From positions 496,001 through 560,000 of the forward strand of contig NW_026782874.1 of NCBI RefSeq assembly GCF_031769215.1: a stretch of DNA of 64,000 nucleotides, given 5' to 3'. Of this stretch, positions 49,601 to 61,600 are shown piece by piece. Every line of letters starts with the position of its first letter. Position 1 is the first letter of the stretch. Source of the stretch: Ylistrum balloti. Taxonomy: Eukaryota. The notes under the pieces were generated by a model. It had not been told where the DNA came from and searched no databases. It saw only the letters and a program-made list of their open reading frames with translations. The position numbers and the translations under genes are program-made.

Positions 49601-52600
49601 AAATCAAATTTTAGAATTTAAGAAAATGGCTACCCACTATCAATGATGTTTCAGACCAAATTTTATCGTAATTCCATTCAAGCATTTAAAAAAGAGTAGT
49701 GTTTTGAAGCAAAATACTCTCTTCAATTCCCTTTTGGGGCCCAGCCCCAAAGTCACTAGGGGTGGAATCGAAATTCTGAACTTAAGAAATGATTATTCTC
49801 ACCAAATGATGCATCAGACCACATTTGGTTGAAATTGATCCAAGTATGAAAGAGAAGGGCTTTAAAGATATAGTTTACATACGATGGATGGCACACAACA
49901 ACAGATGAAACATGATCGCTATAAGTCATCTTGAACCTTTGGAGCGACCCAACACTCATTCATATAATTATCATTGGGAAAGTATAAACAAAGGCTTTGA
50001 ACATGTGCAATGCAGGAAATTTAGAAATCATAGCAAAGTGGCGGGTTAAAACAAGGTCACATGATGAACTCGGCATTCTCCAATCAAAATAGATAATGGC
50101 AGTTGAGACAACAGCAAATGTCGACCAGAGTTTGTTTCAAGCTGATCGTCTTTTAATATCACATATATTATTAATTATACCTATAATTTTGTGAATATCC
50201 TAATTTTAAGTATTACAACACTTGCCCAAAATAAAAAATATGAAGAAAAAATAACAAAACCAAACCATTAGTCCCTTTTAATAAGAAATGATAATACAAG
50301 ACTAGGTGAAGCCTTTGACAAAAGTTTGAATTTAATCCACCAATGGTATCAAGATTGATAGGTATTTTCTGTATAGGGCATAGCAACAAAAAGTTAAGCG
50401 TTTGGCACATCTAACCATAGTGATGTGACTACCAGAAATTTGTGCCTATAGTGTGCACTTTTTTAGGCAAAAATGTGTTGTGTCAAAAAGGGGGCACATA
50501 CCATATGCAAGGACATTCCATTCTAGGGGTTATCATTCTAGAGTTCTCTGTCCAACATATTGGATTACCTCCCTTCACATACTTGTATTTAGAGTTGTCG
50601 GTTATTTATGATAGATTCAAGATAAAACAACAAAGAATAAATTTCAAATATTTAATTGCAATTCATTATTTTTCTTTATATATAAGAAAAACTTGCAACT
50701 GATAATTCTGTAGAGCACTAAGTAGGTAGCACTTCATAGCAGTGAAGTTACTTTTCACTAAACACGGTCACCAATCACTTTCATTAATATGCACAGTCAC
50801 TAAAATTCTTCGAATTCCTCCTCATTGTTTAAAAAGGATGCCAGATTGAAGTCTGCTTCTGTATGACCTCTTTGGATCTGCATTGCCCGCAGGCGCAGTT
50901 CTGTTGTACTGACAGCAATGCCCGCATCTCGGCGATCGCATAGGAAGTGATACAGCTCTCTCCATCTCCAGTTTCTCCATGTCAAGGTGGATGTAAACAA
51001 TTTATCATTAAGTACCTTCGGATACCCAATGGGTACAGATACCATGAAAGATCATACCAATACTGAATATATCATCTGCCTTTATGAGGACAAGGTAAGA
51101 TTGAACATTTTAAGACTGTTAAAACAATCACCGTTTTCTGACAAAAAGTCTGTTAATAATTGTTAATTATCTGATTAGCCCAGCTTTCCATGCTTGTTGA
51201 GTCAGGCACCTGAGTGAATTTGCTTACACAAGGTAATTAGATATGTGAGGGTCACGCTAATTGTGGTTTCCTAATTATCAATAGATCAAAACATAAATCA
51301 TAGCACCGTGGTAACCAATAATCAATATTGTATATATATTATGTATATATAATATATATTTTTCAAATTTCTTTTTTTAAATCTGACCTCGAAAACGTAC
51401 TTGCACACTATACCCGAGTGTGCACTATACCCAAAAATTTATGATGGAATATTGGGATAGAATATCACAAAGCTACAGCAAACAGTTTCTAAGAAATTAT
51501 GTTGATGCTGATGGACAGGCTGATAAAAGGATGTTGTGCTTCCTGTACAGGGTACATGTATAATTATTAATAAATGGATGTACTGGATGTATTTGTGAAC
51601 TAGAATACTGAGAGAGGTCAATAAGGGCCCTGCTATCTTCATAACTGTATACCCTGGAAAATTGCACAATTTTTCTATCTTTGTTGTGCAATATATTTGT
51701 ACTTCAGCAACTGAAATGTCATGAGAATGACATCAGACAGAACGACACAGGTCATTACAGGGAAATTTACATGTTTAAGTCAATAACTGAGAATGACATT
51801 TTGTAATCCATTTAACCTTCATTGTAGCATTGACTTTATCTATGGTCAAATTACACAAAATTTCTGTGAAAATTTTACCTAAAATATCACCAGGGCAATT
51901 TCTTTTGAAAATTAAGCTAGGCAAAGACATTATTTTACTCGATGAACAGTTTAACATATATTCAACAGTTAACAGTTGATCAAACAATTATCAATTAGAC
52001 AATTATCTAATCATTTTCTGTTCACTTAAAGTCTTATTACCCAAACTTACCTCCAGTGTTTGAAGTAGTTTTTTCCTGGCTTTGTCAGACTTAAATGCAA
52101 TAGACTCATCCATCATATGACTGTTCTTCTTATACCGTAGAGGCACAGGGGAATTACTGCAACAGAGCAATAACAATATACCAGCACCTTTAACCAACTA
52201 TAAAATCATACATTCTTCTTATTAACACCATCTTTAATTACACCATTGACATATCATTTACCTCTGAAGATGTACTTTTAAATTTCTTATTTCATATTTT
52301 AAGTCATTTTATACATTGAAGTACTAAATTATGCTTTAAAAAATATTCAATGTTCTGACATTTTGGAATATTCAATTAAAGTTATTAAAATCTTAACGCT
52401 GAAAAAAACAATTCATAACAAAAAAGCTTATTCTAATACTGAAAACAAAATTACATGTTGCATTAAAATATATTCTATTTTGCAAACAAGGGGTAAGGGG
52501 TTCAATATCTAAGATGTCTAATGTTGAAGTACAAAAAATTACATAATAAATAGTATAATTTGAAATCATCAAATTACATATCTGGCTACAAGTGGTAATT

Positions 52601-55600
52601 TGGGTTATCATATATACATTAGAGCAAGAGATGAAAGCCTACCGATGTTCCTTCCTGGGTTGACCCATGTTGGGATTGATATTTTCAATAGATTAAGTAA
52701 CAGTATAGATTTTCTACAATTGTAAATCCCACTTATTCTGATAATGTCCAATGTAAGTAATGAAACTTTTGTCCAACTCAACATTGGAAAAATGACATTG
52801 TACTCGAACACTAATTACAAACGGAGTTGTTTTTACAACACTCATCACCTGTGACAGGTGTCAAGAAGTAATAAGGCTGTCCAACGCAATGATAGGCTTT
52901 CACACCTGTCCATCCAGGTAAGACAAAACCTTCATTATCATTACATTCTAAATATATCCCAATTAGTAACATCAAAAGATGATCCCAAACAAATACCTAT
53001 CATTAATGGTAGAAATGTGTTTATGCAATGTTGTGGGTTTTTAAGTCCAGAGTTGGAAACAAAAACATAACTAATAATTTTCTTTTGTGTTCAATATCAA
53101 AATTAAACATTAAACTATACTTTATTTAAGTATTTCTCCATAAAATAGAATGATTAGTTCTCATGTGTTATAATTATAGTATTGCTAATGATATGTGTAT
53201 AATATATTAATCGGTCATATAGTTGAATGATAGATCTATTCCAACCTTTGTTAAGTAGATGCAAAGTCATATCTATTTATAATGATGCATATTTGCCATT
53301 TGAAATGGAGAAGATTAATATAAGCTATGGCTGTTAACTAATCCGATGTATGTAATGAAAGTAATATATTCTATATCAAAACACATACTACATTTCAACT
53401 CCAGAATACCTACAGGTTTGTAAAGCTTAACGATTACGTTAGTGTGCATAAGAAGTCCCCCTCAGATCTTTTACTTATCAATTAGTGATTTCATCGAAGA
53501 TATTGTTCATGAATTATAAAAGATTAGTGACTTACTTTATCTATCTTAACAGGTTTTATGTCCATTATTACGACCTTTCAGTCTTTCAGCGGACGAGTGG
53601 TGACTTACATATTGTATTTATATCTATATAACATGATTATCGTTTCCTCTGGACCAATGAAAAGAGATCCCAGAGGTATCTTTGCGGCTATCATCATATG
53701 ACCTATTACATTATTAATTTAACTTGGATTTTTTCCACGTTTTTTTTTCGTATTTGTTCTTAACTATTGGTTGTATTGTTGTAATGACATGCAAATTAAT
53801 CATGAAGTAGCTCCAATAAAAACCACTAAAGGAAAATTCATCCAACTCTAAAACATCAGAATGGTCACAAAATTAACCTAACATATGATAGCTGAGGATT
53901 TTGTATTTTATGGAAAATGAAAATAATGATAACATATACAAAGAATTTTCTAAATCAATCTTACAACTAAATTCAGGCAAGAAGGCACAAATGAGAAATC
54001 AAAATACTAAATTTGAGAAAGTCACCTTTAACATTTTCAAAGAAATAGCAAAATTAAACTGAATGTGTCAAAATCCAAGATGGTCTACCTTGACCATTTT
54101 GAGACTGACTGATCCAGTACTCCCGAGGAATATTGATAACATTAACTTTTCTATTCCATGATGGCTGACTGTCAGCTTAAGCACAGATAGGGACCAAAAA
54201 GAACTTGTAAATATTTGGGAAAGATCAATCTGGTGCAATCTCAAATCTCAAGTTCTCAGACAAGTAACCATGCACAACAAGCATATAAGCACATAATCAC
54301 CAACAAAACTGCCATAAAAGGACATTCACATAATTCCCCTCCTTCCAAATTGGTCAAGAATGACAAATGACAACAAAATCTGGTGTAGAACTTGAACTAT
54401 TCTGAGATCCAAAAGGAATCTTGGCACCCACAATTTAATGATCTTTTTTGGTTCTATGCCAGGCCCATCTTTTCTCTATTTTTCAAGCTTTTCCTCTTCA
54501 TCAATTTATTTCTAAAGAGAGCAAAGCTATTGCAATACATTGATAAGTTGACCTATCATTACACTACTACCTCAAAGGTCTCCTAATTCTAAGTACGCCT
54601 GATCCCGACCTGCAACCATTCAATATCTTGTCTGAAGTTTGATGCTTAATCAGTGTTACTGCTTTAAAAAAAATACTTTGCACGGTCTTAACAAAAGGAA
54701 TACCCAGGAATGTTTTTAACAAAATAATTTCTAATTTGTCAGGATTGCTTTAATCTGTGTCAGACAATTCCACAATCGATTCAATTAAAAAGAAAAGGAA
54801 ACGCTGTATGTGAAGCTCAGGTTAGGGATTACATACAGACCCCTTAACCGCAACTAACTTCCCATTGGTGTCTTCAGAGGACTGTAAGCTTTGTAAACAG
54901 AGGGTCAACAAATTTGGTATGCATGGTGTTAGTTGGTTTGCACAGACAATCATGGCAGCGATTATTTGCTTCAGAGGCAAGTAGTGATTGACACATTTCT
55001 GATTTGTCAAGTTCTTCAAATTGTGGAATCAAAACAATATCCCATTTCAGATTAAGGTTGTCTATTGTTTATAGACGAGCTAGAATTACAAGCAATGTTG
55101 TAACATATTTGTGGCACAGTTAAGAAGAACAGACATCGTAAATCTGTAATGTAACACTGTCATGACCAACAAGCAATGTTGTATCAGATTTGTGGCACGG
55201 TTGAGAAGATAAACAGCAAAAACTTGTAATGTAATATTGTCACAACCAGATTATTATTGAATTAGAAGCTGATTATCATAGTCAGGCTTTGCAAGTTACA
55301 CATTATGCATACCAAATATGTTGGGACTTCATTTTAAATCAATCCCAAGCAAGCATTTTCAGTATCTAGGAAGCACTGTATGACCTTTTGAGCTTGATAA
55401 CCTTAAGAAAACTACTAATGTATCAAAATCAAGTTTATATTAACAGCATCAGTAACCTAAACCTTTGACATTAAATGAAACCAAATTTTAATAACCAACT
55501 TTGACTTTAAGACCTAAAAGACACAATCCTGGACAAACACTTTCATTAATGAAACACTATGAGTTCTGGGTTCGAAAGCCTGAGTTAAAGAGAATTAAAA

Positions 55601-58600
55601 GTTTATACCGAGCCTATTGTTCAATAGATCAACTTCAGAAGACTTTAAGCAAACTTTATGGCATTCTTGAATACCTGTCAATAAAACCAACATGAAATGT
55701 TATAGTTGGAAATATCTCCACCTACCCCTGAATTAGGCTTCATCTTGAAATATGTAAGGAAACGTTTCAACAACAAACCAAATTCTGACCATGTTTGCGC
55801 GGGCTTTACATAATACAAAGCAAGTTATTTGAAAACAATATTCAAAACAAGAATTCTTTAAGAATCTACATCTGTTGTTTTCAATGTAGCTCATTTGAAT
55901 TGAAGCCTAGCGCCAACAGAGTCTGTAAAGTGTGAGTTTAAACATTTAACAAGGTTAGAATAGTTGGTACCTTGGTAGCACTAGAGCCGTCTTCTGGCTT
56001 AGCGAACTACAAATAAACCACACACAGGTTATTAACCAAAAGTTACACAAAGTTTCAGTTTTTCACAAATAGAAAAACATAATAGATCTGTTAATGTCAC
56101 ATTTTGCTTAATATCACATTTTCTTCTGACTAATGGCAAGTGATATTCAGCAATTTCCACTGTAAAGCAAATTAAAGAATTTGTTACTAAACATTAAACT
56201 AGACTTTCAGTTATTCCTTACAAAATCATTCAATCTGTCTGGAGACATAATAAGTATCCTGTATCAAAAGCATCATGTAAGAAATTCAATACTCAAGTAC
56301 ACATATTTAACACAAGTTGCTGTTACAAGGATACTAACCACTGAATTGGAATAAAGCATTTGGTTTTGTGACCTTTGGCCTGCAGGGAGTTCATAACCTC
56401 TTCGTTGATTTGTCCATCCACTGGGAGTATAATTGTGGGACCAGGGGGTGGAGCCCTCATCTTTAGGCCCCAGACTGTGTGTTTCTTCCTCACTTCCCGG
56501 TTGGATGTGAACCTAAAATTTTCCATTATTGACAAAAAAAAAGGGCAGTTTTGACTAATCTACCGGTAGTTAACATCTACCTGACTACCTTACACAAAGC
56601 CATTCATATCATAAACAAGCATGCCAGTAATTCTAGAATTTGACCTATAGCCCAACAAACCATCCATCCCAGGATGCAAAAGGCTATTGTAAAAATCTGC
56701 TATGGCTTTGAAGTAATAGCAAAAGTTCAGAAGATATTATTGATTCATTTTAAAAAGAAGCAAAAAAGAACTACTTCGGCTTGAATTACCTGAGGCTCAG
56801 TCCTACTTCACATACAGAAATTTGTACAATGTCTCGTAAAGGAGTGTAAAAAAGTTTTGTTTCAACATGAATACCACTTATGGGCTTATCATGTACAATT
56901 TCTTTATGTAATAATAATAGTCTCTATTTGGAACAGTCAATTACAGGGAGGAAGAAATACAAACTTATACTAAGAATATATCACCAACATCAGGGCTAGA
57001 AAAAACCATTTTCAGCTATTCGTCTGTCGGGCAAGTGAAACTTGAAATTCACTTGCCCGAATCCAATATTCACTCACCCAAAGAAAAAAGGCAACAAAAC
57101 ATAATTTAAGGAACACAAATTTAATTATCAATTTCTATATCAAATGTTTGACCCTAACACTTGCTTTTATTGTTTTACTCATATTTAATTCACTGTTAAC
57201 GTGAGCGAGAACATCGACTTTTTGACAGTAACTATGTACACAAAACAACCTTGTTTGCAACATTTGTGGTGACGTAATAGGTTTTCGCGTAGTCTGGATC
57301 AGCCTGAGTCTTAACAAGTGGTGTAAACAAGGATACTACATCCATGTATCTGATCGACTATCGGTGGATTTAAATTCGTTGTAAGAGTGTTTAAGTTGAT
57401 AAACGTAATTTATTATTGAAAATTCAATAGTTAGAACTACGAATTTCACTCCCCCGCCGGACAAGTAGCTGAAACAATCACTCGTCCGCAAGTAGCTTTG
57501 ACTCGTCTAGATGAGCGGACGAGTGGATTTTTCTAACCCTGAACATGCAAGAGATTTCCAGTTAAACACAGTAGATACCATTCTTTATATTACCATCTTA
57601 TACAAACCTTGTTTTATGACCTTTCAATACATCATACAGTTTTTTCCGCCTTTCTTCTTCAGGTGTTTCAGCCATCTGTAAGATTAATAAACATTTAACA
57701 ACGTAGTGCTGCTTTTTGTCTTTGTTGCATTAATACACAATTTGTTCATGTAAGGATAATTTTGAAAATTCCCACAGCATTATGAATTTACCCATCAATA
57801 TAATGAGTGTCTATCTTTGCTGGTGTAACTATTCAGTAAATGAAATTATCATGAATCATACATTTGAAGACCTTGCATATTTTATATGTCTTGTTTCCTT
57901 GCTTTGTCTTATAAATTTGACTAAGCATTGAACGTCTACAGCTTCAAAATATGAATAAACAGAAACAGATCACTGTAGGTATGCACAAAACAAGTGAAAA
58001 AAAAGATCTATGTAGGATCTTGGCATCCACCATTGTACTATCTCTATTGGTATTCATATGTAAGTCATATTTTTTCCCTTCTTTCATCTTTGTTGTGAAC
58101 TATTTGGTGTATGGACATGTATTAATAAAACTGAGATTCAAAATTTGAGAATGATCTCTCAAGTACTGTCTGAGAAATAACGATAACAAATTTGAATTGT
58201 CAAAGAAGAAAATACTGACATGTCAACAAAAAGACAAATCACCCACCAACACCCAAAAACAAAATTTAACTGTTAAAGTCAAAGCCCTTGAAAGCTGAAT
58301 CATTTGTGACATGTAAGCACCTCTGTCAGAGAAGCATAGTTTTGACTATTAAGAAACATTAGTTCATAAAAGCGAAATCAAAAACATCACATTTATTATA
58401 CAGTTAAGGGGATTCGTCATCAAGTCAGACTCTACGTCTCTTTGTAAACACTTCATGAAATATTTCACTGTGTCGCCTAAAGTATAATTTGTCAAAATAT
58501 AGTCATTGCTATCAATAATTTCAACATTTTATTCTACCTAAATCTTACGAGAGTCTGTGCCTGCAGAAAATATATAATATTTATATTTTCTTTAAAACTG

Positions 58601-61600
58601 GTAAGATATTTCTAATTTTTCTTTATTTATGGAAAAGATAACTTTTTAACTACAAGACATAGTCCTCTCACTTATTCTATGAAGTCTTCCTGAACTGTTA
58701 TTATAGTCGATTAACTACTGGGTTGAGTTTTGATTAGGTGCTTTAATGTTGGTAACTTGAAAATCTGTACCTTGCTGCTGAGCTGTAGTTTGTTCCAGTT
58801 GGTATTGGTGAAGGCCATGACTGCATCAAAGTCGTAGAATTTTTTTATGCCACTGAGCGTGAGGTTAAATAGAACCAAGTGTGCAATGTCAACCCTGAAA
58901 CCCCAAGAGTCAACATGAAAACATAATTCAGAAAATAATATCAGTCAATTAAGTGGCATTACATACAACAGGAATTCTGTAATAAACGACACAGAACAGA
59001 TTTATAGATGTTTGAGAGTATCAATTCATATAACGAAGATTTCATCAGCATCTAATCCAAAGTAACCAAAACATTACTTCTTACTCAAATTCATAGCATG
59101 GTGTAACATTACTGACTTGTAACATAACTTATATAGGTGGACTTTCATCAGTTATCAGCTAATTGTTGAATAAATGCTGTAATATTTTCTATGTATTCCA
59201 ATTAAGAACTTTTTTGGTACTCAACAACATTTATAATTTCTTAAAGCTTCAGTCTTTTGCCTGCTGTACTTACCATTTGAGATCAAGTCGCTTCATGTAC
59301 TCTGGCCCAGAGTTACAGTGTGAGCAGACAAACAGATAAAACCGATCCCCATTCAACAACGGATGTTCTAGACACTGAATACAGGCTAGAGAAAATATAA
59401 ATATTGTATCCTTCACACCAATGTACCGTGCATACAGAAACAAAAATCTGATATTTACTCATGTCATGTTCAGTGGTGCAGCTATTCACATATTCATTTA
59501 ACTCATGTTTCTCACATTTTCATGTTATACATCCGAATCATATATTGCTGCATGTTTTATAAAATCAATACATATCGTTTGTATACCAAACATTCATGCA
59601 GCCATGCACTGGTTCATATTTTTTTAACTGAAAAATAGGGCAACAACTTCCATATAATTTCAGTGACAGGCAATGTCATCACTATGTAAAAAGATCAATT
59701 GCTGTACAACTTTAAACAGGCTGAAAACGATGAAACCTACCTTCATGGAACCACTGCTTACATCTACAGCACTGTAGCATCTTTAAGTACCAGCTGAAAT
59801 TGGGCAATTTTTTCACATTAATAAAATTGTGTACAATTGATTAGAAAAATATTACTGATTTAGAGATAAATTGCAAGGTGTAGATTTTGGGAGAAACTAT
59901 TTGAATATCCTTATTACAAGACTCTACATGTTTCACAATAGACCCATGGTTGGTAGCAGTCATATGCATATTTCAAAATGATTTTCAAGACTGCAGCCAT
60001 ATCAAATTTCGAACAAACCCAAACAATATTTGGTCAAATATGGTCAGGACCATCTCTTGATCATTTCAGGCAAGTTTCAGCTGAATATCACTTAAAAAAT
60101 ATGTGTTGTTCAGGAAAACTGTAATTACATGATTATGTTTTGAAATGGTTGCCTTGGTTGCGATTTGAACTTTTGATGAGGTCGAAAAATAACAACATTT
60201 TGTTCACTTTATTTTTTTTAAATCTCCACAAATTTCCAACTCAATGGCAAAAGTGAGACTAGAGTAGTACAAACCAAGTTTTTCAAAATGGTAGGTATAC
60301 TGAATTTTAGAATGACCCAAAAATCACAACACTTGGTCAGTACCATCTTGAGATCATTTCTGACAAATTTCAGCTGAATCCCGCTGGTGAAACTCGAGTA
60401 GAATTTCTGACAAATTTCAGCTGAATCCCGCTGGTGAAACTCGAGTAGAATTTCTGACAAATTTCAGCTGAATCCCGCTGGTGAAACTCGAGTAGAATTT
60501 CTGACAAATTTCAGCTGAATCCCACTGGTGAAACTTGAATAGAAATTCTGAAAAGTTTCAGCTGAATCCCACTGGTGAAACTCGAGTAGAATTTCTGACA
60601 AGTTTCAGCTGAATCCCACTGATGAAACTTGAGTAGAATTTCTGAAAAGTTTCAGCTGAATCCCACTGGTTAAACTTGAGTAGAATTTTAAAATGTTAAA
60701 AAAAAAAAATGCAAGGCAGTTGACGAACAATGAAACACAATGACCTAAAAGCTATATCAAAGTAGTTATCTATAACACAGACTGAAAACAATGTCTTTCA
60801 TTTTTGGATATATCTGTATTACAAAATGATTCAAAGTGATACAGGTTCTGAAGAAGGCAATACTTACTCTCCTGGACCACCACAGTAACAGTAACACTGC
60901 TCCACGTTGGTTTTTCTTTGGGCATCCCAGGTCAATTTGTTCAGCTATGAATAATGAACCTCTCGTGCAATTACATGTTATTTTCAAAATGGAAGATTTT
61001 TATGAAACAACATATATATGCATTCATGAGAAAAAATACATCATAGTATGAGAACTATTTAACTCTGATGACTTAATGCCTATCAAATTTCTTTAGCAAA
61101 TTAAGTTTTACAAAATAAGTTTTATGTCAACTCTAAATGTAATTTCTACATTCATAACACAATAAGTCAATCAAAAACAGATGAAGACTGAGAGTTTTAT
61201 TTATACAATCACTCTTTTTCAAGTAACAGATTACAATTATAAATAAAATCTCATCAGACAATGGCAATTACCGCCGCCAGAAAATTGATTTTCTTTTTGG
61301 ATCATTATTGTAATCTTATCCATACTTACATCATAAGGAAACGCCCGTTTCATTTTCTGCAAGGCAGTTGCTGCAAAACATAAAAAAGCAGAATACAGTA
61401 AGGGTGATTCCAGAATTAAATGAGTGGGGGCATTTTGTGGGTGGTTGGGACAAAACTAAAATGTATTTTATGTGTTATTGGTGCCATTAGAAATTGAATC
61501 ATATGGGCAAGTGCTCAAACTGGAACCCCCAAAAAAGGGAGATAACTTGTATTGGTTCTGAAAATCTTGTGACAGGCAATTTTAGTTTTAGTCAAGCAGA

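Noticed and set aside
51497-51700. Possible alternative terminal exon of Pcl after acceptor TTTCAG at about 51711
   Set aside because: In phase 0 it stops after 11 codons and shows no conserved motif.
54559-54890. Two further possible Pcl cassette exons
   Set aside because: Phases are incompatible with the flanking phase-2 exons, an in-frame stop appears, or the donor is weak.
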